Shown here one piece after another: positions 38,333 through 48,415 of a DNA stretch of 56,613 nucleotides (its first letter is position 1; every line of letters starts with the position of its first letter). The DNA lies in the IMG/VR virus record IMGVR_UViG_3300036900_000166, positions 1 through 56,613 of that record; one strand, given 5' to 3'. The notes under the pieces are model-generated. The model did no database searches. It was not told the origin of the DNA and saw only the letters and a list, made by a program, of their open reading frames with translations. The position numbers and the translations under genes are program-made. The DNA is from a virus. Lineage: Duplodnaviria > Caudoviricetes.

Positions 38333-39141
38333 GGCTTTTGATATTCCTTTTGTCAGCGAGTGTCTGTTTCGGCCAGTTGACCATGCAGCAGATGCAGCCG
38401 TTTTTTAATGGTTCCCAATCGGCACCACAGACCCCATGCCAGATTGCGCTCGGCACTGGGTTTCCGACCAACATAACCGGATACCCGGCCTATGGATGGT
38501 GGGTTTCGGGGTGCTACTCAACTAATGCGGGGGTAGCAACACTGCACGATTACTCTGAATTGGGATTGGATTTAACAATGGTGGCCGCTGGGCTTTCACC
38601 CATAGGCGGAAGTGGGTCGTGGAACGGATTTAAGGATGTTCTTTTTGGAACTCCAAACGTGAACACATTGACCAACAAAACCGCCACCATTTGGATTCCT
38701 GCTGGCAATTTGGCGGAGTTCTGGTGCGTTATGGCGTTTACCAACGTGGCGGGTCAGCTTTGGCTGTTTCACGATGTAAGCGCAACCGGAACTGGTTTAG
38801 CCGCAGAGAACGACAGATTCTCAGGGGCCAAAATGAGTCTGGTCAATAATGCCAACGCAACCGAAGTTTTTGCTGGTGGCACCAACAAGTACATGGTGTT
38901 TAATTTTGTCTACACTTCCGGTGCCAATGCCACGATTTATACCAACAATGTTCAAGGTGTTAATGTAAACATCGGCGGAAACGACACCATGACGAGTTTC
39001 AGGCTTGGAGGTGGGCCAAGTGGAAACAATCCTCTCATTTTCAGCTTCTTGGAGGGGGGCTGGTTCAGAACCAACTTAACCGCCGCTGGAAGGCTTGCTC
39101 TGTATCAATACTGCACCAACAAATACGCGCTCCCCCCATGA
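38329..39141 (+). CDS. Secreted LamG-like protein
   Basis: Signal peptide MRLLIFLLSASVCFG; W...D.S..G, IYTN, LG, E...F...LT...R..LY.Y...KY. Confidence 0.65.
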   Translation: MRLLIFLLSASVCFGQLTMQQMQPFFNGSQSAPQTPCQIALGTGFPTNITGYPAYGWWVSGCYSTNAGVATLHDYSELGLDLTMVAAGLSPIGGSGSWNGFKDVLFGTPNVNTLTNKTATIWIPAGNLAEFWCVMAFTNVAGQLWLFHDVSATGTGLAAENDRFSGAKMSLVNNANATEVFAGGTNKYMVFNFVYTSGANATIYTNNVQGVNVNIGGNDTMTSFRLGGGPSGNNPLIFSFLEGGWFRTNLTAAGRLALYQYCTNKYALPP

Positions 39142-39245
39142 TCACCCGTCACTTCTGGTTGTTCTGTCTGGTGCCTTTGGTGGTGCCACTGTGGATCTTG
39201 GCTGGACCGTGGCCGGTGCTGTGCTGGCAATGCTTCATTAAATGA
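39138..39245 (+). CDS. 35-aa hydrophobic peptide (below the ORF-track cutoff)
   Basis: MITRHFWLFCLVPLVVPLWILAGPWPVLCWQCFIK; ATGA overlap upstream and stop 1 nt before the next ATG. Confidence 0.5.
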   Translation: MITRHFWLFCLVPLVVPLWILAGPWPVLCWQCFIK

Positions 39246-39246
39246 T

Positions 39247-40017
39247 ATGGGCTGCTCCAAACAACTCAGCCTCTCGCCAGCAGCACCAGCAGGAGCACAC
39301 TTGTCATTTTATTGGACGATGGATGAGGGTGGCGGTGCTTCCAGGGTGGATTCCACGGTGGGGCTTGCGTGGCCGACAAAGTTTGGATCATTGGCTGCTG
39401 CCGGCTTATTCTCAAACGGAATCGGGTTAAGCCGACCTCTCATCATTAACCAGAATCCGGGGCTTGAAATAACAACTGGAGCCATCACTATCAACCAAGC
39501 CACATCCACTGGGATTTCGGTGTGGTTCTGGCTAAAGATAACCGATTTCGGTTCAGCTGGATCGTCGGGTCGTTACAACATGGACACATCCGACCCGATG
39601 CACACCAACCGTTTCCGCGCTTTGTGGGGATTCACCGATGCCACTACCGGGTCAATCGAAGTGGGCCACACCAACGACACCGACGACGTGTTTGCCGACA
39701 CCCCAAACCTTGCATGGGTACTCAATTCGTGGCACATGGTCGTCATTACCTACAACAAAACGGCTCAAACACTAAACATCTACATTGACGGGGCGATATC
39801 AGCTACAGCCCCGGACGCATTTACATATCCAGACCTCACCAACACCGACATGATTTTGGATGACACCTCTTTTGGAAGCATTCTCGAAACCGCCGTGGTT
39901 GATGAGCTTGGCATGTGCCTTGGAGGTGTGCTTACGCAAGCCCAAATCACCGCTCTTTACAACGGTGGCGCTGGCGTCACTTGGCCGAACATCACCCCGA
40001 TTGTGCCATACCCATGA
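39247..40017 (+). CDS. LamG-like domain protein
   Basis: YWTMDEG, ISVWFW, WHMVVITY, IYIDG, VDELG, LT.AQITALYN.G.G. Confidence 0.85.
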   Translation: MGCSKQLSLSPAAPAGAHLSFYWTMDEGGGASRVDSTVGLAWPTKFGSLAAAGLFSNGIGLSRPLIINQNPGLEITTGAITINQATSTGISVWFWLKITDFGSAGSSGRYNMDTSDPMHTNRFRALWGFTDATTGSIEVGHTNDTDDVFADTPNLAWVLNSWHMVVITYNKTAQTLNIYIDGAISATAPDAFTYPDLTNTDMILDDTSFGSILETAVVDELGMCLGGVLTQAQITALYNGGAGVTWPNITPIVPYP

Positions 40018-41129
40018 ACTTCACAGTCCAAGTAATTGATACCGAGTGCGAACAAGCTGACCAAAGCTTTTTCGTGCCACGTATCGCCATGCAGACCAAA
40101 TCCACCACCCAATTTGCTCAGCTTTACGGGTACAGTGAGTTTGTCGCTTCAAAGCCACCCAAGAAGTACCGCAAGGCGACCGTTTCAGGAACAGCCGTGC
40201 GGGTGGCGTTCACGGGGGAAGAAACACCACAGCAATGTGGTGGGGCACAGTACACTTGGAGTGGGTTCGGAGAGGTGGACTTTAAAGGTGTTCAAACAGC
40301 CAGCTACAGCAAGAAATTCTATGCTCAATGCTCCAAACAGTATTGGCCGTTTGTGCCACTCCAACTCAACCCATTCGCATCGCTTCCGAGCGATAAAGGA
40401 TTTGCAGTTCAGTTTGTTGGATATTGTTGGCCAGCAGATCCACTTAGTTGTGCAACGTGCGACCCGAATGTAGCTGCTTGGCCGTTCTTGGGTGACCAAA
40501 CCACTAATGTCCTTGGTATAGACCTTGCGGCATTTCGCCACGCCACCAATACTCCGGTTCTCACCGGAACGACTTTCACTGCGATCAACACGTTTGCCGG
40601 GTTCTTTGGACTTTCAGCACCACCACACACGGCGATTCCAAGCGGACACCACTACACATTGACCATTGGTGGCACAAACTACGACGCCGAATCGGCTTTT
40701 GTGGACCCTCCAGTGTCATTCCCCATCATGTTCATTGCGGGGTTTGGGGCACCGTACGTCGTGTTCACCGACACCAATAACTACACAGCGGTGCTTTCTG
40801 AAGAATACACCGATGCTGATGCGTTGGCTAATGCCACGGTTGTGACCGGCACCGGAGCGACTGCCGCCACCACCCCAAGGACCACGGGATTCACGTCGGT
40901 TTTCACTTCGGTGGTGTTCACGTTATTCACATCCAACTTGATTGTTGGAAAAGATTATCTTGTAACCGTCGATATGTGGGAGCAAGGTCCGAATGTGAAT
41001 ACGCACACGCCCAAGCAATACGGGTTCACCGCCACCGACACCACGCACACGATAACTGACATCATTGCGACCCCTGCTGACTTCCACACCATCACGGTCA
41101 GAACCCCAACCATTGCCTTCTCGCCATGA
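40014..41129 (+). CDS. Putative tail/virion protein
   Basis: Thr-rich beta protein, coupled to its neighbours. Confidence 0.6.
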   Translation: MNFTVQVIDTECEQADQSFFVPRIAMQTKSTTQFAQLYGYSEFVASKPPKKYRKATVSGTAVRVAFTGEETPQQCGGAQYTWSGFGEVDFKGVQTASYSKKFYAQCSKQYWPFVPLQLNPFASLPSDKGFAVQFVGYCWPADPLSCATCDPNVAAWPFLGDQTTNVLGIDLAAFRHATNTPVLTGTTFTAINTFAGFFGLSAPPHTAIPSGHHYTLTIGGTNYDAESAFVDPPVSFPIMFIAGFGAPYVVFTDTNNYTAVLSEEYTDADALANATVVTGTGATAATTPRTTGFTSVFTSVVFTLFTSNLIVGKDYLVTVDMWEQGPNVNTHTPKQYGFTATDTTHTITDIIATPADFHTITVRTPTIAFSP

Positions 41130-42202
41130 ACCGCCCCCGATTTTTAGACTTCCGTGTTCAGTTGGCCGCATACGCCCAAAGCGTTGGCTCACCACTTGGC
41201 ATCTGTATCGGCAACATCCCTGCTTTAACAGGCTTGGTTAATGTTGCCACCGAACGGCTCATCAGCGACCCTTTGGCCCCGGAAGAAGGGTGGTGGGGTG
41301 GGTGGGCCAAGTACGTGTTCAATGTGGACCCGACCAATGCGTTCATCGTTCTCCCAAGAGGCTTGGCACGGATCATCGTCCTCGACGTGAACACCTGCCC
41401 GGTGAAGCTCCAGAACGGGTTTTACGAGTTTCTCGACTACGGCACGGGACTTCAACCGAAGCCATGCAAGGAAAACGTCTGTAACGGGTTCACCCAAACC
41501 TATGACCGCGAAACTGTACCAACACTCGGTGTACTGGCATCGACGCCACAAATCATCCGCGTGTTCCCGGTTGATCCGCGTGATGCAGGGTCCACGGTCA
41601 TCATTCAAGGTACAGATCAAAACGGACAAACGGTTACCAGCACAGATGCGGTGACCAACCAAACCATCCTCGGGGAGGAAGTGACCCTGAACCTTCCTTT
41701 CGTGGATACGGTGAATCAATTCATGTCCTTCCCCAACATGGCTGGAATCACAGGAATTGAGAAGGACGCCACCTTCGGTCCTGTCACGTTCTTCCAAGTT
41801 GACCCCAACACGGGGTTTAGCTCGCCACTCTCGTCAATGGAACCAAGTGAAACCTCATCCTCGTATCGCCGTTATTACGTGGGCAACCTTCCCTGCCGAC
41901 CCGCTTGCACCACGGGCGGGGTGAGCCAAGTGACCGCGATGGCGAAACTGGAATACACTCCCATCCAAAGCGACCCCGACTATTTGGGAATTCCTTGCGT
42001 TCCCGCTTTGATTGCGGAGTGTGAAGCGTTGCGGTACGAAAGCATGGACAACATGAAGGCGCAGCAGATGGGCACAGCCAAGCACGCCAAAGCCCTTCAA
42101 CTTCTCTTTGGTCAACTCCAGCACTACATGGGCAACGAACGTCCCGCCGTGAGCGTGAACCTGTTTGGACCAAGGAGGAGTCTCAAGATGCAACCGATTT
42201 GA
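41126..42202 (+). CDS. Putative head-tail adaptor (tail tubular A-like)
   Basis: Helical N- and C-termini around a beta core; lies directly before the ejection genes. Confidence 0.5.
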   Translation: MNRPRFLDFRVQLAAYAQSVGSPLGICIGNIPALTGLVNVATERLISDPLAPEEGWWGGWAKYVFNVDPTNAFIVLPRGLARIIVLDVNTCPVKLQNGFYEFLDYGTGLQPKPCKENVCNGFTQTYDRETVPTLGVLASTPQIIRVFPVDPRDAGSTVIIQGTDQNGQTVTSTDAVTNQTILGEEVTLNLPFVDTVNQFMSFPNMAGITGIEKDATFGPVTFFQVDPNTGFSSPLSSMEPSETSSSYRRYYVGNLPCRPACTTGGVSQVTAMAKLEYTPIQSDPDYLGIPCVPALIAECEALRYESMDNMKAQQMGTAKHAKALQLLFGQLQHYMGNERPAVSVNLFGPRRSLKMQPI

Positions 42203-42205
42203 CGT

Positions 42206-43204
42206 ATGCCGACTTCAACCGACTTCTCAACTCTTCCTACGTGGGCCACGGGTGCTCTTCAAACTGGTGGTGTGACCGTTCCAACTGCCCCAACAGGACC
42301 GACCCGCCAAACATCAGGTAACACTCTTTTAGACAACTGGAACACGCTGCTCAATGGAATGAGCGGTCGCACCCAGATGGCCGAACTCCAAGCCTCTCAG
42401 AACGCACAGAACAGTGGCACCAATGTCACGGGTCAAGCTGTGGGCAACAACTTGGCAGCGGCACCCGACCTGTCCTCGCTCACCAACCTCATCAACCAAT
42501 TAAACATTGGCGCACAGCAACAGGCCAACGCTGCAAGGATTCCGGGTGCTCCGGGGTTGGAAGCTCAGTCATCAGCCAACATCGGTTCAGAGCTTTCCGG
42601 GGTCATCCCACAGGATGTCATAACCCAACTTGCCCAACAAGCGGCGGAGCGCGGCGTGGCTATGGGCAGTCCGGGGAGCGACAACTCACAGTCATCGCTG
42701 CTCCGCTCGCTTGGGCTCACAAGCCTCGACTTGCAGCAGCTTGGCCAACAGAACCTCACCGCAGCGGACGCCCGAAATCCAGTGGCAAGACTGTTCGACC
42801 CGACATCACAACTCATCACCCCCGCACAACAAGGCTCACTCAACAACCAAGCAAACCAACTGGCCTTGGATTGGTACAGTGTCTTGCATCCCAATGTGGC
42901 TGGTGGGCGTGGTGGTGGAGGTGGACAACAGCAACAGCAGCAACCGACCGCACCCGACATGAGTTGGTTCCAAAGGGCGCTAACGTCAGCGGGTGGATTG
43001 AACCGTCCCATTGGTGTTCAACCTGTCGGACTTCCACCGGCCACGACCTACGACCCGAACAGCGTTTGGGACCCCAATTTCATTGCTGGAAACCCTGTTA
43101 TGGACACAGCTGCCGTGGATTATGCGGCACCGTCGTTCGACACAGCGGGGGCCAACTACGATCCATTTTCGGGGTACGACTTCGCGGATTTGAGTGGAGG
43201 CTAA
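42206..43204 (+). CDS. Putative DNA ejection/pilot protein
   Basis: Q/N/G/A-rich low complexity; AAERG...GS. Confidence 0.55.
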   Translation: MPTSTDFSTLPTWATGALQTGGVTVPTAPTGPTRQTSGNTLLDNWNTLLNGMSGRTQMAELQASQNAQNSGTNVTGQAVGNNLAAAPDLSSLTNLINQLNIGAQQQANAARIPGAPGLEAQSSANIGSELSGVIPQDVITQLAQQAAERGVAMGSPGSDNSQSSLLRSLGLTSLDLQQLGQQNLTAADARNPVARLFDPTSQLITPAQQGSLNNQANQLALDWYSVLHPNVAGGRGGGGGQQQQQQPTAPDMSWFQRALTSAGGLNRPIGVQPVGLPPATTYDPNSVWDPNFIAGNPVMDTAAVDYAAPSFDTAGANYDPFSGYDFADLSGG

Positions 43205-43205
43205 C

Positions 43206-44114
43206 ATGGCTGACCTTCCCGACATCTCCCCTGACCTTGACCAGCCGTTGCCACAGGTCGATCCCAACTCTGATTTAGTTCCTTACCGCATGGCCAGGAC
43301 CGATCCCGGCCAGCAACCCGTGGTCACCACCGGCTACGGACCAAGGGCACGTCCACCCATCTCACCGCCCGGAGGTGGCGGGGTGGGTGCGCCTGATATG
43401 TCGGCCTTGCTCGGTGAAGCCTTGCAGCATCTTCCGGTGGATGAAGCCTTGAAAGCCACCGAAGCAGCCACACGCTACATCGGTCAACGTGGGTACATGC
43501 GCGACATCCAAAGCGGTGCAAATGCTGCACAGGCGTTTGCCAAGTGGGGTCCGATGTTGTTCCACCAAGCCACGGGGATACCGGAAGCCATTGACCGGAG
43601 TGTGCCGACGCCGATCACCCCGTACCAACAGGCACAGCTTAGTCTGCGAAAGCAACAGATGACCAACCAACAGGCTGCTGCCAAAGCCAAGATGGACGCT
43701 GCGGCAGCAAAAGCAGCGGTGCCGACCCTTCCACCAGAGAAGAAGGCTGATTTGACCGACGCTTACAAGGAATTGGATCAGGCTCGGAGAGAACAGGCGA
43801 AGCTTGATCCTGGAAACATAGCACCCGATGAAACGATGGATCATCAGGAAGCGGTGTTGGGGTCGGGGAAACGGGTGTTCGATGCGCGACAGAGAATCAA
43901 CAAGATTGTCGGCATTCCACCGTCACCACTGCTAACGGCAAAGGCTCCGACGTATTTCGGTCCTAAAGAGACTCAGGCGGCACCACCTCCAGCTGACCTT
44001 CCAAACCCCGCGAAAGGTCCACCCCCGACAGTTTCAACCAAGGAACAATACGACGCTTTGAAGCCCGGTGACCAATACATTGGGAAAGACGGTAAGAAAT
44101 ACAGAAAGCCCTGA
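43206..44114 (+). CDS. Putative DNA ejection protein
   Basis: ITPYQQAQL; C-terminal EQYDALKPGDQYIGKDGKKYRKP. Confidence 0.55.
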   Translation: MADLPDISPDLDQPLPQVDPNSDLVPYRMARTDPGQQPVVTTGYGPRARPPISPPGGGGVGAPDMSALLGEALQHLPVDEALKATEAATRYIGQRGYMRDIQSGANAAQAFAKWGPMLFHQATGIPEAIDRSVPTPITPYQQAQLSLRKQQMTNQQAAAKAKMDAAAAKAAVPTLPPEKKADLTDAYKELDQARREQAKLDPGNIAPDETMDHQEAVLGSGKRVFDARQRINKIVGIPPSPLLTAKAPTYFGPKETQAAPPPADLPNPAKGPPPTVSTKEQYDALKPGDQYIGKDGKKYRKP

Positions 44115-44116
44115 TT

Positions 44117-47100
44117 GTGGCTGACGAATTTGGCGGCATCCCGGTTGACGAACCCCAAACCGATGAGTTTGGAGGGATTGCCGTGTCGGAACCCTCGTTG
44201 CCACAGATAAAGCTCTCCCCCTACGAACAATACAGGATGTCGGGTCGTGAGCCTGTGGCTGGACCATTTGGACCAGCAAGCCCTGAAGAGGTGCCAGCCA
44301 TGTTGGAATCGGCACAGCGACCGTTTATCCCGCTTCCCGACACGGTAGCCAAGGGTCCACTTCCAGCCCTTTACAGGTCGGTGATAAAGCCAGTGGTTGA
44401 GGGTATCGAATCCCCCGCTGGACTCCTTATGATGCCAGCGTTGGCCGAATCCGCACCGTTACGTATTGCGGCTGGTCTTGGATTTGGTGGCATGGCGGCT
44501 AAGTCCGGACTTGAGAAGATGCAAAGTGCCGACCCACAGACCCAACTAGAAGGTCGCATGGAGTTCGCGGCATCACCCCTATTTGCGCTTACAGGTGGAA
44601 AGAGGGAGAAGGGTGCCACCCCCACCGAAAGAATCGTTCCTGAAGCCACTCCAGAGCCACCAGAGGCGCTTCCAAAGGCACCTGAGATTCCACCAGAGAA
44701 AGCACCCCCTACTGAAGCACCAGAGGGGGAACCGCCAACGGCTCCAGCGACGGTTGAGGCAAGTGGTGAACCTGTTGCAGCAGGCCCACCGGAGCCAGCC
44801 AAGGTGGAACCTAGTGCAACTCCAACAGTTACGCAAGAGCATCCACCTATTGTTGGCATGGGCGGTGCTGTGCCAGGTGAGTTCATCGGGTCCACAGGTG
44901 CCGACATCTATGGTGTGGCTCAAAGGGTGCGTGAAGAAAGGGCGGCAGCAGGCCAAACACCAGCCATTCTACCCGGACAAGGCGTGTCCGATGTGGAAGC
45001 TGTCACCCACGGCAAACTCTTGCTGGCGCGAGACCCCACGTTGGCAGAGAAAGCCTTGGATGCCTTCACCAAGACCAAGGCAATCAGTTACGATGCCATG
45101 TCCACAGTTCGGGCTAAAGGCGAAGAAGCTTCCCTTGCTGCTCGACGGGTTGAAGAGAAGTTCGGCACCGATTCACCTGAATACCAGAATGCCTTTGAGA
45201 ACCTTGCTCGGTGGGACAAGGTGAGCAAGGAGATGCAAACGGAGTGGCACAAAACCGGCATGTCGCAGCAGGGCCAAACCGACATTGACACTGGCACCTT
45301 CACTGGACTCCAAAGAGCCTTCACCGAAGCCACCGGAAAGACCTTTGACGAAGCTCAATCACGCACCGCCAAAGACCTTGCCGGAAAGTCACAGAAATCC
45401 ACCGCTGATGTCGTTGCCGCCAAAGACAAGCTTTTCAAGACTCTTGATGTCGCACCGGCAGATCCCAAGGTCCAATCGTTGGCTGACCGGATCGTGTCGG
45501 TGTTGGATAAGGGGGCCAACGATGCTCTTTCGAGGATTAAGGCGCGTCGTGCTGAAGGTCGGTTGTTTGCGGCTGGCATCGACCCGGAAGCTCTTGGTGA
45601 CTACGCCATTTACGGAGCAGCCAAGATTGCCAAGGGTGCCATTGAGTTTTCCAAGTGGTCGGCTGAGATGGTCAAAGACATCGGGGATTACATCCAGCCA
45701 CACCTGAAACAGATTTGGGATGCTGCCAATAAGCATCTGGACCAGGAAATCTCCAAGCACGGTCCTGCTGCTGAACAGATAAAGCGCACCTTCCGTGGAA
45801 AACCTTCGACCGCTGAAGGCGTGCGTGCTGTGATTTCCACCAGAGAACCCGGAGCCAAGTTCACATTGGATCAGGTCAAGGCGATCTGGAACTACGCCAA
45901 GGAGCATTACCTCTCCAAAGGCGTAAACGACTTCACCGATGTGGTTCACGGTATTGCCACCGACCTTGGCATGAAACCCGATGAAGTGCGTGAAGCTTTG
46001 GCACAACCCAAGGGTGCCAAGAAGATGACCGACGAGATGTACGCCAAGATGTCGGAACAGCGCAAAATCCAGAACCAAGCCAAGATGTGGGTTAAAGACC
46101 AGCAGGTTCCGGGGTGGTTACGGTTCATGCGAAGTGTCCCAAGGGTGTTCTTCATCGACAAGGTGTTTGGTCACGGCACGGTCGGCATGATCACCCACGC
46201 GGGACTAAACATCTTCGACCCCACAGCATGGAAAACTTACTGGCCAGCGTTCATCAAGCAATATGGATTGGTTTTCAAACCTGCTTATCACGAACGGATG
46301 ATGCAGGAATTGGCCAAAGACCCGCTGTTCATCAAAGCTCGTCGTGCGGGATTGGCTAATGACCCGTGGCGCTACTCCGACGACTACCAGAACGCAGCCA
46401 TCAAGACGTTCATGGGAAAGTTTGGTGGACTTGTCGGCAACCGTGGGTTCGACGCGCTAAAGATATTCAGGCAGGCACGATTCAACCAGATTTGGAACTC
46501 GTACCCAGACCTCCTAAAAACAGATGACATGGCCAAGATGCTGGCCGACAGCATTAATCCAGCAACAGGAGTTACATCCAGAGCTTTTCCAGAATGGACG
46601 GGGTGGACCTTCTTTGCCCCCAAATTAGAGGGCTCTAGGTGGGTGTGGATGATTGGAAATCCAGCCAGAGCAGCAGCAATTTTCAAGGAATGGAAAACAG
46701 CCACCCCAGAGCAAAAAGCTTTTGCTATGGCAGAACTAAAGCAGAAGGCCACCATTGCTGGAACCTATTTTTCATTGCTGGCCATGAACCAAGGGTTGCT
46801 CAAAGCTTCTGGTAGTGACGAGAACATTAATTTCACCAATCCACGGAAGGGTGACTTTCTCGCCTTCAAGGTGTCGGGTCACAATGTCGGGTTGGTGGGT
46901 CCGATGCTTGGCATGGTGCGGCTGTTCGCTAACCTCGTCCATGACGCGGCGGGAAAACGTGGAAAACTTGAGCAGTTGACTCCGCGTGGTGCCGCCATCG
47001 CTGAAGATTTGGGGTCGTATGCGAGAGGCAAGCTCAGCCCGTTTGCTGGTCAGGCTTACAACTTGGCGTCACAATCCGACTTCCAAGGCCGACCACTACC

Positions 47101-47344
47101 GTACTCCAGCGATCCGGTTCCCTCGTACCTGAGAAAGCGTGGGGTCAAGAAGTACACGTATGGCGAATATGCAGCCCAAGAACTCCTGCCGATTCCATTC
47201 GAGGAAGCTTTCAAAGAGGTGATGGCCAACCAAGGAATGAACGAGTCGGAAATCAAAAAGTACCTCTCGGCACTAACGATTGCTGTGGCTGCTGGTGGAA
47301 CCGGAATGCGCGTGAGCAAGGATTACAACCTGAAAGGACAATAA
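44117..47344 (+). CDS. Large internal virion / ejection protein
   Basis: 1075 aa, mostly helical; DEFGGI duplicated at the N-terminus; last large gene of the structural module. Confidence 0.65.
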   Translation: MADEFGGIPVDEPQTDEFGGIAVSEPSLPQIKLSPYEQYRMSGREPVAGPFGPASPEEVPAMLESAQRPFIPLPDTVAKGPLPALYRSVIKPVVEGIESPAGLLMMPALAESAPLRIAAGLGFGGMAAKSGLEKMQSADPQTQLEGRMEFAASPLFALTGGKREKGATPTERIVPEATPEPPEALPKAPEIPPEKAPPTEAPEGEPPTAPATVEASGEPVAAGPPEPAKVEPSATPTVTQEHPPIVGMGGAVPGEFIGSTGADIYGVAQRVREERAAAGQTPAILPGQGVSDVEAVTHGKLLLARDPTLAEKALDAFTKTKAISYDAMSTVRAKGEEASLAARRVEEKFGTDSPEYQNAFENLARWDKVSKEMQTEWHKTGMSQQGQTDIDTGTFTGLQRAFTEATGKTFDEAQSRTAKDLAGKSQKSTADVVAAKDKLFKTLDVAPADPKVQSLADRIVSVLDKGANDALSRIKARRAEGRLFAAGIDPEALGDYAIYGAAKIAKGAIEFSKWSAEMVKDIGDYIQPHLKQIWDAANKHLDQEISKHGPAAEQIKRTFRGKPSTAEGVRAVISTREPGAKFTLDQVKAIWNYAKEHYLSKGVNDFTDVVHGIATDLGMKPDEVREALAQPKGAKKMTDEMYAKMSEQRKIQNQAKMWVKDQQVPGWLRFMRSVPRVFFIDKVFGHGTVGMITHAGLNIFDPTAWKTYWPAFIKQYGLVFKPAYHERMMQELAKDPLFIKARRAGLANDPWRYSDDYQNAAIKTFMGKFGGLVGNRGFDALKIFRQARFNQIWNSYPDLLKTDDMAKMLADSINPATGVTSRAFPEWTGWTFFAPKLEGSRWVWMIGNPARAAAIFKEWKTATPEQKAFAMAELKQKATIAGTYFSLLAMNQGLLKASGSDENINFTNPRKGDFLAFKVSGHNVGLVGPMLGMVRLFANLVHDAAGKRGKLEQLTPRGAAIAEDLGSYARGKLSPFAGQAYNLASQSDFQGRPLPYSSDPVPSYLRKRGVKKYTYGEYAAQELLPIPFEEAFKEVMANQGMNESEIKKYLSALTIAVAAGGTGMRVSKDYNLKGQ

Positions 47345-47561
47345 TAACAACCAAATCACCAGAATTAAACATTACCACCGCCAAGAAACAGTACCGCGAA
47401 ATGCAGAAATTCTTGAAGGAGGTAGTTGCTCCAGAACTTGAAAAGATTCGAAGGGATTTCGTGCGTAAACGCGCCATCGCTCTATTTCCAGAGCATTTTA
47501 AGGGCTATGCCAGAGAGGAATTTATCAAGCAGAGTCACTGTATGTTTAAGGGTAAATAATT

Positions 47562-47720
47562 ATGCCAGCCAAATCACAAGCCCAACGAGCTTACCTCAAT
47601 GCAGAATTTGGACATGCTTGGGTGAAGCGACACCATTTCGACAACAAGGGCAAGTTGCCGATGCACAAGAAGCGAAAGAAGCGTATTGTGCCACGTAAGG
47701 ATCGCAACGGGTTTTACTGA
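47562..47720 (+). CDS. Small basic phage protein (MPAKSxAQ type; below cutoff)
   Basis: MPAKSQAQRAYLNAEFG...GKLPMHKKRKK; TGATG overlap with the next gene. Confidence 0.65.
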   Translation: MPAKSQAQRAYLNAEFGHAWVKRHHFDNKGKLPMHKKRKKRIVPRKDRNGFY

Positions 47721-48010
47721 TGAGCCTTTGGAAATCGCTGGCGAGTGGTGCCGGTCACGCTTTGCCAGCCACAAAATACGACCTGCAACAAATGGAAAGA
47801 CGACTCATGGCACTCATAGATGACCTGACAGCACAAGTGACCGCAAACACCGATGCAGAACAATCAGCGATTGTCCTGCTCGGGAAACTCCACGACCTGT
47901 TAGTGGCGGCGGGGACCGACCCCACGAAACTACAGGCGATTAAAGACACCTTGAAAACCAGCGCCGATGCCCTTGCTGCGGCAGTGGTGGCGAATACACC
48001 GGCAGCTTAA
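47720..48010 (+). CDS. Ala-rich helical hypothetical protein
   Basis: MALIDDLTAQV...LAAAVVANTP. Confidence 0.65.
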   Translation: MSLWKSLASGAGHALPATKYDLQQMERRLMALIDDLTAQVTANTDAEQSAIVLLGKLHDLLVAAGTDPTKLQAIKDTLKTSADALAAAVVANTPAA

Positions 48011-48187
48011 TTTTCCTCCTCGCTCAATCCGGCGCACCCGTAGGGCACCTCCCCGCTCTGCGGGTCGTTCTTCCACACTTCCCACTTCCACTCGTTAGCC
48101 TCTAAAAGCCTCTCCAATTCGTCGATTGGCTCTGGCTGTGGCCACGGACCAAACATGAGCCTCCAATCGCTTGGCGGTGGGGTGGTT

Positions 48188-48415
48188 TCAGGTTCCATAC
48201 GAGTCAAAGAGGAACTGCACTGCTGGTGAATGCTTAAACCATCCAACCCACAGCTTGCCATCCTTGTGGTACATGATGTGGGTGACGCTGCCATCCAAGG
48301 CACTTGGAAGGTCGAACCCAAGTGTTATTGGGGCGGTGTAAATGGGTGGATGGTCGTGGGCAATCACGCATTCACAGAAACGGTGAACGAGTTGTAGGTC
48401 CAGGGTTTCGGTCAT
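48188..48415 (-). CDS. Hypothetical protein
   Basis: ATGA-coupled to the RusA-like gene. Confidence 0.5.
   Translation of the reverse strand: MTETLDLQLVHRFCECVIAHDHPPIYTAPITLGFDLPSALDGSVTHIMYHKDGKLWVGWFKHSPAVQFLFDSYGT

Noticed and set aside
44117-47344. Tape measure protein or virion RNA polymerase
   Set aside because: No tube, sheath or tail-chaperone genes are present and no polymerase catalytic motif was seen; an ejection protein fits better
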